NCBI RefSeq assembly: GCF_044704955.1
Contig: NC_091988.1
Coordinates: 52,080,001 to 52,144,000 of the forward strand
DNA length: 64,000 nt
From: Pristiophorus japonicus
Taxonomy: Eukaryota
Direction of reading: 5' to 3'
The translations under genes and the position numbers were made by a program. Numbering within the stretch: the stretch's first letter is position 1; every line of letters begins with the position of its first letter. Positions 1-12,382 of this stretch are shown piece after piece. Under the pieces are notes generated by a model. That model was not told the DNA's origin. It worked only from the letters and a program-made list of their open reading frames with translations, and searched no databases.

Positions 1-235
1 GCCATAGCTGACACTCCAGATAAACAATGCCAAAACTGCTATCTTTCAGGAAACAGTGGGATAGAAATTGATCCTTGTTGCTCCCAAATTTCCATGCAAA
101 AAACGAGCAGAAAATACAATTACAATCTGCATGGGGAATGTTGTAATCTGTACAAACACCCTACGCCCCTCCCCATCCGCCTCCTCCCCCACCCTCCCCC
201 ACTCCCCATCCCCCAGCCACCTCCCGAGCCCTTTC

Positions 236-690
236 CTACTCCTTCTGGACTTCATGGGGAAAGTGTTCTCTAGCATACAAAGCATCAGTCACCCGTTTAA
301 TATAAACATGGACTGCTGAATGACTGCTGTTGATGATATCACCGATGGCAGCCTTGAAGGAGCTGGAGGTGAAAATGTTGAGGGCTGCAGAGACCTTGTC
401 TGCCAACAGGCAATGCTGTGTTAGCTGCAGCAGTTGGTTGCAGGATTCGGCACAAGTCTCATTGCCTCTGTAGAGAATCAAAGTCTTCTTATGCACTGTG
501 CCACAGAGAATGGCAGTTGCATTGTTTTGGGCCTATAAAGTATAGCGGGAGGATAAGGGCTCTCAAGCATACCTTCTTCTATTGGCTTCCCTGCCAGCTG
601 CAGCTGTTTGCTTCTTTCTCCTCCTCCCAGAATGAAATTCCGAGAGCGACTTCCATCAACGAGGAACTGCAATGGCAGAAGCCCCATAAC
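236..690 (-). pseudogene. PIF/Harbinger transposase relic, N-terminal part (HARBI1-like), frameshifted
   Basis: Minus-strand ORFs read SPYPPAILYRP..FSVAQCIRRL and DKVSAALNIFTSSSFKAAIGDIINSSHSAVHVYIKRVTDALYAR, matching the Harbinger pattern KV..ALNFFA.GSFQ...GD...SQSA.H..I..VTDAL. TATA-like TATTTAAAGGG upstream on the minus strand (~805-815). Confidence 0.75.
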
Positions 691-1003
691 AGTTCAGAAC
701 CTACAGTAACAACTATAAGCACTTTCAACTCCTATAAGGTCATAAAACCCACACGCTACTGCAATAAAAGTGTCTCTAAAGCTCCAACTGAGAGCAGCTG
801 AGAGCCCTTTAAATAGCCCTTGAAATGGCCGCCTCAGGACTTGTGCTGTCCATGGTTAGTGGGCAGGAGCAGGAAGTGGCGGTAGTCAGGCGGTGGGGTC
901 AAGTGGCATCGGCGTGGCAATGATGTCACATGACCGGTATTTTAATTTATTCATGTACTTCCCCTTGTTTCAGACAGGAGTTCTGGAAAATCAGACCAGC
1001 TGT

Positions 1004-1910
1004 AAAGAACATAAGAACATAAGAATTAAAAGCAGGAGTCGGCCATTCAGCCCCTCAAGCCTCCATTCAATGACATCATGGCTGACCTTTCTCAATCCAC
1101 TTTCACCGCCCAATCCCCATATCCATTGATTCCCCTAGAGTCCAAAAATCTATCTATCTATTTCAGCCTTGAATATATATATATATATATATTTTTTTTT
1201 TTTAATTCGTTGCCAATCTTTCCAATTCTTTGTCAAATCACAAACGCCAGAGGTCACCTTGCACACATCAAGGATCACTCTGCGCCAATGCTCTTAGCCA
1301 AAAGGCCTAGAGCCACTGCACCGTTCCTGGAAGTACTGCAATACCAGGTTCATGCCATGGAGGTGGATGGGTCAGGCCCCCCACACACCTCCGTGGAGGT
1401 GGATGGGTCAAACCACCCCACCCACCTCCTATTTCCAAAAAGCATAGGAGAATCACCTTCCTGATCCAGGGAGAACCACGTTGGGGTCATGGTTACTCCC
1501 CTGTCAGGTCAGTTACGCATGATCTTAGCCAAAAGGCCGAGAAGCGAGCCTTGAATATACTCAATGATTCCACATCCACAGCCCTCTGGGGCAGAGAATT
1601 CCAAAGATTCACAACCCTCTGAGTGAAGCAATTCCTCCTCATTTCAGCCTTAAATGGCCGCCCACTTATCCTGAGACTATGACCCTTAGTTCTAGACTCG
1701 CCAGCCAGGGGAAACAATCTCTCAGCATCTACCTTGTCAATCCCCCTCAGAATCTTACATGTTTCTAGGAGATCACCTTTCAGTCTAAAGTCTAAAGCGT
1801 ATAGGCCAATCAACTCAACTTCTCCTCATAGGACAACCCTCTGATCCCAGGAATCAATCTAATGAACCTTTGTTTTACCACCTCTAACGCAGGTATATCC
1901 TATCTGAGAT
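1004..1910 (-). mobile_element. CR1 LINE 3' fragment, interrupted by the insertion at 1178-1546
   Basis: (AAGAACAT)n tail at 1004-1025. ORF 1493-1813 encodes the CR1 ORF2 C-terminus (SRTKGHSLRI..FTQRVVNLWNSLP). Confidence 0.92.
1178..1546 (-). mobile_element. Chimeric U2/U1 snRNA-derived retroposed element (candidate SINEU-like SINE)
   Basis: Minus strand, in order: TCGCTTCTCGGCCTTTTGGCTAAGATCA (U2 5' end); U1-like ACTGACCTGACAGGGGAGTAACCATGA..GTGGTTCTCCCTGG; Sm-like TTTTTGG; U2 3' end ACCTGGTATTGCAGTACTTCCAGGAACGGTGCA; second GGCCTTTTGGCTAAGA; unique tail; poly(A)+(TA)n. TSD AGCCTTGAATATA at 1165-1177 and 1547-1559. Confidence 0.88.
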
Positions 1911-2720
1911 AAGCGGTAAAAGCAGCGGTAAGTGGGCGGGAAGAACGAACATTTTATTTTTCCGTTCGACCGCGCCACGTTTCTGAGCACAAATGGGGCA
2001 GCACTGAGATGAAAATGATCCCTATTGGGTCGTCAGTAGCTCATTTACATTATACACAAACCAAGGGTTACAGTGCTTATGGGAGGCTTTACTAACCAAA
2101 GGTATAGTCCAGCCTTTGCAGTAACAGCGCACAACATGCTGGAGAGCCATTTCCTCCTATATCCCCATCCACAGTAGCACAAGACTCAAACAATAAAAGT
2201 ACTTTAAACTCAATCAACAGCATATCCAGTTTTATGCAACATTATGCCGGGGAATCATACCTCCCCAGCCTCACTAAAGTGTTTGCATATGTCACGCTGC
2301 AGGGCTGCTTCCCACCCTAGTTGAGGAATTGGACACCAGTGGATTGTTGTATGCCTAAATAACACAATGTTAGCTTTTTATTCTCTTCATTGGGAACTGG
2401 CACACAAGCTAGCTATCTCATTAGTGGCTTCCTCTGACAAACTATCTCAAGTCGAATAGCTTTTAAACCATATCAACTTTTCTTTGCCAGCAGAATTCCA
2501 TTCCCTGGAACCTTTCGCAAGCCAACATTTATATCAATTATGAAAATATATATATTATTCAACAAGCAAACTGGTTGTTTTTGCTCCTACGTGATTCAGA
2601 ATTGATATATTGAGCATGATGTCACACATGGAGTAGGAATAATTAAATTGGAGTTTGCATAATATGATGTTTTCTATAGCATTGAAAATTCTTTGTAAGT
2701 ACAGAGAGGGCCCTCATATA

Positions 2721-3604
2721 GGGCACAATTTTGGCCAATCCGTTTTTTTGGTGATTTTGTGCGCTGGAAAGGGTGCCAAAAAACGTTCTTAGTATCCTGG
2801 CCCCTTTGCCGAGTGTCCCGGGTCCTGGTGCGGCGTCCATGGTGGAGTGGGGGGGTGGTGGAGCTACAGCCCTGCACTGAAAACACTGCCGTCAGCTGTC
2901 GCATGTGCAGTGGAGTCTGCGCACATGCTCCTTGCCCTCCCAGCGTGTCCTGCAAGCTGTCAGCAGGACCCGATGTTTGCCACCCCTAGTCGTGGCCGAA
3001 TGGTCGCCCGCGTCTGAGTGCAGCCCAGGCTGCAAGAACCCTACCTGAGATGCCGCCTTTCCTCTCCCTCCCTCCCTTCACCCCCCACCCCCCCCCCCCC
3101 CCCCCAGCCTCCCGATGCATCTTTGCCAGCTGCCCCTATCCCACACCGAATGGTCTCCCGTACAGGTCGGCCCGCTGCCTTCCCTGGCCCAAGGTAGGAT
3201 TTACTTCAAATATTTAATTGTTAATCAATTGTTTACCTGAGTTTTTATTTAGTTATTTTAACTTTTATTTGGAATGTTTGCTGCTTGGGGCTTGGGTGCA
3301 GGTCCTTACTTACCTGCGCTGATTTCTTAACTGCCCGCAACGTTTTTCAGAGCTGGCCACATACGCTGACCTAAGTCGATTTGGTGTAAGTGTTAGCTGG
3401 CCAAAGTGGCATAAATGCCCAAAACTGGCGTAAGTGTCTGGGAACGCCCTCCTTTGAAAAAAAAACTGAACAAAAAAAAATCGTACCTAACTAAGTTACT
3501 CTGGAGCAAGTTTACTGAGGAAAATGTTTTTTTTTTAAACTTACATCAGAAAAACCAACTTACTCCAAAAAAAATTGATGCAAGTCATGGTCAAAATTGG
3601 GCCC
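2721..3604. mobile_element. Harbinger-type MITE
   Basis: TIRs GGGCACAATTTTGGCCA / TGGTCAAAATTGGGCCC (15/17 match), ATA on both flanks (3-bp TSD), no coding capacity. Confidence 0.85.
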
Positions 3605-3869
3605 ATAAGGTCTGTTCATTTCTTAAGCACAGAGGCCATTCTTGCAGGGACAGTTCTGTCTGTAACTGCAGATAGGGTCCTCATGCAAACACTGATTAGT
3701 CTATCAGCACAGAGAGGGTTTCCATACATCAATCCTCACCAGAGTGAGTAGGGTACAACCTTGTTCCACACTCAAGCTGGAAAATCAATTAGCCGAATTG
3801 ATTTCTCATTCTCCTATCACTGTCTTTCCCTTGCCACTAATTCCATCCCCCTCCCCGGCCACTGACTTA

Positions 3870-4570
3870 GGCTGAACTAGACTGTTCACAAACTTGCTGC
3901 CCTATTTCACCCTGAGCTGAGCTTCCAATCCAATATTTGTTCCATCACAAGGACCACCTACTTCCAACTCCATACCATTTCTTATCCTCGTCCATGCTTT
4001 TGTCACCTCCAGATTCGACTATTCCAATGTTCTCCTGACGGGCCTCCCATCCTCCACCCTCCATAACTTGAGCTCATTCAAAACTTTACTGACCCGTATC
4101 CTAACCTTCACTAAGTCACATTCATCCATCACCCCTGCACTTGCTGACAGACATTGTCTCCTGGTCCACCCCACCAACGCTTCAAATTTAACATTCTCAT
4201 CCTTGCGTTTGAACCACTTCATGGCCTCGCTCCTCATCTCTGTAAATTTCTAAAGTTCTACAAACCTTCGATAACTCTGCATTCCTCTGGCCTCTTACAC
4301 ATCCATCACTCCCTTCGTCCACCATTGATGGCTGTGCCTTCAGCCTTCTAGGCCCGAAGCTCTGAATTCTATCCCTGAACCTCTCTGCCTCACTAACTCG
4401 ACCCTACTCTCCTCCTTAAAACCTACCTCATTGGCCCAGCTTTTAGTCACCCCTCTTAGTATCACCTTCTTTGGCTCGGTGTCAATTTTTGTCTGATTAT
4501 GCTTCTGTGACGTGCCTTCGGATGTTTTCCTACGCTGAAGACACTCTATAAATGCAAACGTTGTTGTCGT
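3870..4570 (+). mobile_element. L2-clade LINE 3' fragment
   Basis: Degenerate HAFVTSRLDYSN..HITP.L-type coding, ending in ..CTATAAATGCAAACGTTGTTGT tail. Confidence 0.75.
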
Positions 4571-4859
4571 TAACACTGAAGATATCTGAAACATCCAGGA
4601 GAATGGGACAGACCAAGCAGATAGATCTCTCTCCTCTGAACAGGAGTAGCGAGGATCCCAGAAGACTGCGCACCCTCCTTCAATGGGGAATACGGGCTGT
4701 TTAAGACAGACTGTTCATCTAACAGGCGGGAGGGGGTGATGCTCAATGCAGGCTGCTCATCCACCTCCAAAGGGGAGGGAGAAATGATTCTGTAAGGGTG
4801 GCTTATTCTTCTCTAGTTGGGAGACTGGGATAGTACAGGCAAATCAAGCATCAACATTT

Positions 4860-4990
4860 TGGATAGGTCGTCGACCTGAAACGTTAACTCTGTTTCTCTC
4901 TCCACGAATGCTGCCTGACCTGCTGAGTATTTCCAGTTAATTTTCAGTTTTGATTTCAGAATTCCTGCACCCACAGCATTTTGCTTTTGT
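4860..4990 (+). mobile_element. Penelope-like terminal repeat fragment
   Basis: GACCTGAAACGTTAACTCTGTTTCTCTCTCCAC.GATGCTGCCTGACCTGCTGAGTATTTCCAG motif. Related pieces at ~5600, ~11375-11450 and 12383-12568. Confidence 0.55.
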
Positions 4991-5639
4991 TCACCACAGA
5001 GTCTGACAATCACTGAATTTACAAAGCAGCTTTGACTATTTATCAGAAATACACCGGCTGTCACTTTAACATTGCCGTGGTATAGAACAGTTAATGTCAC
5101 TCCAGCTTTAGCTAATGTGTTTCATTGATAAACAGGAAGCGTTGGTGAGACCCTGGATTGTTTACTCTGTTAGAATGGGTAGCTATGTTTCTCATGCAGT
5201 CTGAACCCGCTCCAGCATCAGTTGTCAATCCCATTCCACTATTACATTTAGATTAGCTCTTTTAAATAGAGTGATTAACAGTTCTTGGAGAGCGTTGTGA
5301 CATTGTTAAGAAGTGATTGGGGAGGTGCAGGTGCATTGAACAGAATGAATACAGTGTTGAAACTTGTTGCAGTGCGAGGGAAAATACCAGAATCATCTGA
5401 GCATGAATCTTCATATGTCCCAGATTCCAGCTTCCTTGGTAACATGGAAAACAGTGAATGTGATATATTGGAGTGTGCCTTTAGGACAAGGTTCTGAATC
5501 TCTAATACTAGAGCCTTCTTATAGTGGAACAATCGACCAACCAGAAGTGTCATTGGTGTTAATCTATTGCACAAAGATCGTATTGGCAGAAGAAAGAACT
5601 CAGAAAATGCTGGTAACACTCAACAAGTCATTAAATTAA

Positions 5640-5955
5640 AAATTATAAAAGGTTGATAGAATAGACAGTGTAGGTAAGAGCATCACTAGAGGCCATCAAA
5701 ATAAGATAGTCACCAAGAAATCCAATAGGGAATTCAGAAGAAATTTCTTTACCTAGAGAGTGATGGGAATGTGGAACTCGCTACCACAGGGAGTGGTTGA
5801 AGTGAATAGTATAGATGCATTGAAGGGGAGGCTCAATAAGCAAATGAGGAAGAAGGGAAGAGAGGGTTATGCTGATAGAGAGTTAGATGAGGAAGGGTGG
5901 GAGGGAGCTCGAGTGGAGCCAAATGGCCTGTTTCTGTGCTGTATATTCTATGTAA
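5640..5955 (+). mobile_element. CR1 LINE 3' fragment
   Basis: TRGH..KI..FRRNFFT.RV..MWNSLP coding followed by TTCTATG tail; same subfamily as 63260-63935. Confidence 0.85.
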
Positions 5956-6370
5956 TTCCACTTAAACATCACACAGAATCTGTAAAGATAGAAAAATATT
6001 AACGTTTTAGCTGTAGCCCTTCAAGACAATCTATTAACAGTTAGTTCCCTGTTAAGTCAGGAATGCATATCAATTACACCTTGTGGCTTTAAAGAATGCA
6101 CAAAGTTACATTCAGTTGCATTTTAGCAGCCTTACATGGTATAATGCTCCTGCCTTTATAAAATAGATTATCTTCTGCCCCACCTTGACCAGTGACACTG
6201 CAGCAGGTCCACTGGTATAAATGAATAACGTGCTATGTTGATGTTGAAAATCTAAAGGTTGCGTGCTGTTGAGCATTCAGTTGGAGCTGAGGTGCAAATT
6301 CAAATGCACCAGGTGCACAACTGGCCTAAGTCTTGGTTATCATTTTTGGCACGTCCAACAGTCTACATTG

Positions 6371-9300
6371 CATAGAAACATACAAACATAGAAAATAGGT
6401 GCAGGAGTAGGCCATTCGGCCCTTCGAGCCTGCACCGCCATTCAATGAGTTCATGGCTGAACATGCAACTTCAGTACCCCATTCCTGCTTTCTCGCCAGA
6501 CCCCTTGATCCCCCTAGTAGTAAGGACTACATCTAACTCCTTTTTGAATATATTTAGTGAATTGGCCTCAACAGCTTTCTGTGGTAGAGAATTCCACAGG
6601 TTCAACACTCTCTGGGAGAAGAAGTTTCTCCTCATCTCGGTCCTAAATGGCTTACCCCTTATCCTTAGACTGTGACCCCTGGTTCTGGACTTCCCCAACA
6701 TTGGGAACATTCTTCCTGCATCTAACCTGTCTAAACCCATCAGAATTTTAAACGTTTCTGTGAGATCCCTTCTCATTCTTCTGAACTCCAGTGAATGCAA
6801 GCCCAGTTGATCCAGTCTTTCTTGATATGTCAGTCCCGCCATCCCGGGAATCAGTCTGGTGAACCTTCGCTGCACTCCCTCAATAGCAAGAATGTCCTTC
6901 CTCATGTTAGGAGACCAAAACGGTACACAATAGTCCAGGTGTGGCCTCACCAAGGCCCTGTACAACTGTAGTAATACCTCCCTGCCCCTATACTCAAATC
7001 CCCTTGCAATGAAGGCCAACATGCCATTTGCTTTCTTAACCGCTTGCAGTACCTGCATGCTAACCTTCAATGACTGATGTACCGTGACACCCAGGTCTCA
7101 TTGCACCTCCCCTTTTCCTAATCTGTCACCATTCAGATAATAGTCTGCCTCTCTGTTTTTACCACCAAAGTGGATAACCTCACATTATACTTCATCTGCC
7201 ATGCATTTGCCCACTCACCTAACCTATCCAAGTCACTCTGCAGCCTCATAGCATCCTCCTCGCAGCTCACACTGCCACTCAACTTAGTGTCATCTGCAAA
7301 TTTGGAGCTACTACATTTAATCCCCTCGTCTAAATAATTAATGTACAATGTAAACAGCTGGAGCCCCAGCACAGAACCTTGCGGTACCCCACTAGTCACT
7401 GCCTGCCATTCTGAAAAGTACCCATTTACTCCTACTCTTTGCTTCCTGTCTGCCAACCAGTTCTCAATCCATGTCAGCACACTACCCCCAATCCCATATG
7501 CTTTAACTTTGCACATTAATCTCTTGTGTGGGACCTTGTCGAAAGCCTTCTGAAAGTCCAAATACACCACATCAACTGGTTCTCCCTTGTCCACTCTACT
7601 GGAAACATCCTCAAAAAATTCCAGAAGATTTGTCAAGCATGATTTCCCTTTCACAAATCCATGCTGACTTGGACCTATCATGTCACCTCTTTCCAAATGC
7701 GCTGCTATGACATCCTTAATAATTGATTCCATCATTTTACACACTACCAATGTCAGGCTGACCGGTCTATAATTCCCTGTTTTCTCTCTCCCTCTTTTTT
7801 TAAAAAGTGGGGTTACATTGGCTACCCTCCACTCCCTAGGAACTGATCCAGAGTCTATGGAATGTTGGAAAATGACTGTCAATGCATCCGCTATTTCCAA
7901 GGCCACCTCCTTAAGTACTCTGGGATGCAGACCATCAGGCCCTGGGGATTTATCGGCCTTCAATCCCATCAATTTCCCCAACACAATTTCCCGACTAATA
8001 AGGATTTCTCTCAGTTCCTCCTTCTTACTAGACCCTCTGACCCCTTTTATATCCGGAAGGTTGTTTGTGTCCTCCTTAGTGAATACCGAACCAAAGTACT
8101 TGTTCAATTGGTCTGCCATTTCTTTGTTCCCTGTTATGACTTCCCTTATTCTGACTGCAGGGGACCTACATTTGTCTTTACTACCCTTTTTCTCTTTACA
8201 TATCTATAGAAGCTTTTGCAGTCCATCTCAATGTTCCCTGCAAGCTTCCTCTCGTACTCTATTTTCCATGCACTAATCAAACTCTTTGTCCTCCTCTGCT
8301 GAGTTCTAAATGTCTCCCAGTCCCCGGGTTCACTGCTATTTCTGGCCAATTTGTTTGCCATTTCCTTGGCTTTAATACTATCCCTGATTTCCCTTGATAG
8401 CCACGGTTGAGCTACCTTCCCTTTTTTATTTTTACGCCAGACAGGGATGTACAATTGTTGTAGTTCATCCATGCAGTCTCTAAATGTCTGCCATTGCCCA
8501 TCTACTGTCAACTCCTTAAGCATCATTTGCCAATCTATCCTAGCCAATTCACGCCTCATACCTTCAAAGTTACCCTTCTTTAAGTTCTGGACCATGGTCT
8601 CTGAATTAACTGTTTCATTCTCCATTCTAATGTAGAATTCCACCATATTATGGTCACTCTTCCCCAACGAAATTGCTAATTAATCCTCTCACATTACACA
8701 ACACCCAGTCTAAGATGGCCTCCCCCCTAGTTGGTTCCTCGACATATTGGTCTAGAAAACCATCCCTTATGCACTCCAGGAAATCCTCCTCCACCATATT
8801 GCTTCCAGTTTGGTTAGCCCAATCTATATGCATATTAAAGTCACCCATGATAACTGCTGCATCTTTATTGCATGCACCCCTAATTTCCTGTTTGATGCCC
8901 TCCCCAACATCACTACTACTGTTTGGAGGTCTGTATACAACTCCCACTAACGTTTTTTGCCCTTGGAAGTTCTGCAGCTCCACCCATATAGATTCCACAT
9001 CATCCAAGCTAATGTCCTTCCTAACTATTGCATTAATCTCCTCTTTAACCAGCAATGCTACCCCACCTTCTTTTCCTTTTATTCTATCCTTCCTGAATGT
9101 TGAATACCCATGGATGTTGAGTTCCCAGCCCTGATCATCCTGGAGCCACGTCTCTATAATCCCAATCACATCATATCTGTTCACATCTATTTGCACAGTT
9201 AATTCATCCACCTTATTAAGGATACTCCTTGCATTAAGACACAAAGCCTTCAGGCTTGTTTTTTTAACACCCTTTGTCCTTTTAGAATTATGATGTAGTA

Positions 9301-9420
9301 TGGCCCTTTTTGTTTCTTGCCTTTTTTACTCGGCCTTCCACTATTGCTTTTTACTTTTCTACCATCTGTTTCTGACTCCATATTACTTCGTCCTGTCTCG
9401 CTGCAAAGGTTCCCTTGCCT
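6371..9420 (-). mobile_element. CR1 LINE, 5'-truncated, essentially complete but frameshifted ORF2 (APE endonuclease + RT)
   Basis: ORFs 8654-9244 (CLNARS..ETWL..MGDFN), 8146-8667 (SDHN), 7133-8119 (KSPGPDG, DFQKAFDKVPH, GVPQGSVLG, KFADD) and 6471-7070. (CATAGAAA)n tail at 6371. Confidence 0.96.
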
Positions 9421-9459
9421 TGCCTTTGATTGCATTCCCGCCCCCAGTCATTCACGCAG

Positions 9460-10140
9460 GCTGAACCAAATCATTTGCGATCTTGGCATCCTGTTTGACT
9501 ATGAGCTGAGCAATAAACCTCACATCCTATCCATCACCAGGATTGCTTACTCATATCTCTGCAACATCAGTTGCAGCCATCCCTACCTCAACTTCATCAC
9601 CGTTGAGACCCATATACATGCCCTTGTTACCTCTAGACTTGATTACTCCAATGCTTTCCTTGTTGACTGTCTTTCTTTCAGTCTCTATAAATTCCAATTT
9701 ATCTAGTACTCTGTCGCATGTATCCCTCCCCACACCAAATTCTACTCTGTCACCTTCATCTATCTTGGTTCCCCATCCCAAATATGATAAATACAAAATT
9801 ATTTTCCTTGCCTTTAAATACCTCCATGGCCTTGCCCCACTGCAATCTCCTCCAGGTCTATATCCCCTCCCAAAAGTCCACTTCTTCTGACACCGACCTA
9901 TTGTATATCTCCTGTACCTTGGCCTCATAATTGGTGGAATAGCCTTCAGCTGCCTTTGTCCGACTTTCTCCACTTTTTCCTCCACCTTTAAAAATCTCTG
10001 CAAAATTCATCTCTTCGACCAAGCTTTCAGGCACCCCTTCTCTTTCTAGACTCATTATCCATTTTCTCTATTTTGCTTATTTGTTAAGTGCTTTATCTGT
10101 ACATTAAAGGCACTACATAGAAGCAAGTTGCTGATGTTGA
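9460..10140 (+). mobile_element. L2-clade LINE 3' fragment (old)
   Basis: DLGILFD.ELS..PHI..I..IHALVTSRLDYSN motif in ORF 9317-9706, L2-type tail. Confidence 0.8.
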
Positions 10141-10218
10141 CTTATTTAAAGCACTTGGCTGTTGTCCCATCCAAATCATCATTAATACAATCATAGAATC
10201 AGAGAAATTTACGGCACA

Positions 10219-10700
10219 GAACATAAGAAATAGGAGCAGGAGTAAGCCATTTGGCCCCTCGAGCCTGCTCCACCATTCAATAAGATCATGGCTGATCTGA
10301 TCATGGACCCAGCTCCACTGCTCTGCCCATTCCCCATAACCCTTTATTCCCTTAATGCTCAAAAATCTGTCTATCTCCGCCTTAAATATATTCAATGACC
10401 CAGGCTCCACAGCTCTCTGAGGCAGAGAATTCCACAGACTTACAACCCTCTAAGAGAAGAAATTCCTCCTCATCTCAGTTTTAAATGGGCGTTCCCTTAT
10501 TCTAAAACTATGGCTCCTAGTTCTAGCCTCCCCGTGAGTGGAAACATCCTCTCTGCATCTACCCTTTCGAGCCCCCTCATCATCTTATATGTCTCACTAA
10601 GATCACCTCTCATTCTTCTGAACTCCAATGAGTATAGGCCCAACCTGCTCAACCTTCCTTCATAAGTCAACCCCCTCAGCTCCGGAATCAACCGAGTGAA
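10219..10700 (-). mobile_element. CR1 3' fragment nested in an older CR1 3' end (10190-10815)
   Basis: AACATAAGAAATAGGAGCAGG tail and LYSLEFRRMRGDL coding. Host sequence ACGGCACAG|AAGCAGGCC resumes after ~10702. Confidence 0.88.
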
Positions 10701-11154
10701 TCAAGCAGGCCCATTGTGTACTTGCTGGCTGAAAAGGAGCTATCGAGTCTGATCCCACTTTCCAGCTCTTGGTCCATAGCCTTGTAGGTTCAGCACTTCA
10801 CGTTTATATCCAAGTGCCTATCACAAAAGTTAGTGATTATTGTGCAACTAAATTGAGTTACAGCAACAAGGGGCACAACCTCGAAGGTATACACACTGTG
10901 AACTGTAGAACTGATTGCACCTCATCATCTACCTATTCTGCTTAAATAGGAAAAACATCTGAGGAATAGGAAAGGCCACTGCATAGTTGCTGTCTTCAAC
11001 CTTCAATTCAATGAACAATCAATTTACTGTGGATAAGTCACCTATCCAAGCAGAAAAAACCATTTTTGGGCATAAGCTCATGATCTTGTTCTTCCTGTAT
11101 AACATGAAGACACCTCACATTCACCCTTCTGGGTGGCCAACTCACATTTCTTTG

Positions 11155-11310
11155 CTTACATAGAATTACATAGAATGTACAGCACAGAAACAGGCCATTA
11201 GGCCCAACTAGTATGTGCTGGCATTTATACACCACACGATTCTCCTCCCATTCCATCTACCTCATCCCAGCCTTTTGGCATATCTTTCTATTCCCTTTTC
11301 TCTCATGTAC
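11155..11310 (-). mobile_element. CR1 3' UTR fragment
   Basis: CATAGAATTACATAGAA tail followed by ACAGCACAGAAACAGGCC. Confidence 0.75.
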
Positions 11311-11624
11311 TCATTTAGGTTATACAAGTAAATGAGCTAGTGACTTCAAAACTCCTAGTATAAAAAAAAAGCAACAAACTGCAAATGCTGGAAATATGAA
11401 ACAAGAAACAGAAAATTCTGGAAAACATGCGCCGATCAGTCAACACCTGTGGGATGAACAGACAAGTTCAGAACTGAGCTCCTGATGTTCCTTCGGCTGG
11501 TCTTCTTGCTCATCTCTGACTCAGTTTCCTATTTCCCTTACGGTGTGTGCTAGGCACATGAACAGCAAATCTTATTCTGACCATGAAGTGACTCAAAGTG
11601 CAGCTATTTAAGTGATTGATGAAG

Positions 11625-12070
11625 TTATAGAATCACAGAATGATAGAATGGTTACAGCACAGAAGGAGGCCATTTGGCCAGTCAAGCTTGTGCCGGCTCT
11701 TTGCAAGAGCACCTCAGCTAATCCCACTCCCCCGCCCTTTCCCCGAAGCCCTGCAATTTATTTTCTTTCAGGTACTTATCCAACTCCCTTTTGAAAGCCA
11801 AGTTTGAGTCTGCCTCCACCACCCTTTCAGGCAGTGCATTCCAGATCATAACCACTCGCTGCGTAAAAAAGTTTGTTCTTATGTCGCCTTTGGTTCTTTT
11901 GTCAATCACCTTAAATCTGTGTCCTCTGGTTTTCGATCCTTCCACCAACAGGAAACATTTCTCTCTTATCTACTCTCTCTAGGGCCCTCATGATTTTGAC
12001 ACCGCTATCAAATCTCCTCTCAATCTTCTCTGCTCTAAGAAGAACAACTCCAGGAGTTTTATCTAATCCA
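11625..12070 (-). mobile_element. CR1 3' fragment
   Basis: ORF 11718-11948 (TRGHRFKV..FFTQRVVMIWNALP); (ATAGAATC)n tail. Confidence 0.88.
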
Positions 12071-12382
12071 AATAACGTCAGTTTTGAGTTGGCCTGTGCA
12101 TGCCACCATTTTGTATCGCCACTTTGCTTAGTTCTCCCCATCACAGCAGAGCCTGTATTACTGATATGCAGTAGGAGTGACTCGGTGTTAATCAGTGATA
12201 GCCATCAGACATGCCCAGGCAGGTTTGTGTATCAGCGGGTTGGAGAACTGCCCTGAACTGTACTCGTTGTATTTGTGTCCAAACAATTTAATCTCGATGC
12301 CTTTCCAGAATCCCATACTGTCAGGGCTGCTTCATTCCAGGGAAACTGAAAACATCGCCCAGTACAAAAGCTGTACAAAATC

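Noticed and set aside
1317-1547. Functional U2 or U1 snRNA gene
   Set aside because: Central U2 region replaced, U1 partial and diverged, flanked by TSD and poly(A) inside a CR1, no snRNA promoter context.
5275-5639. Overlapping ORFs as a coding exon
   Set aside because: No homology recognised on either strand.
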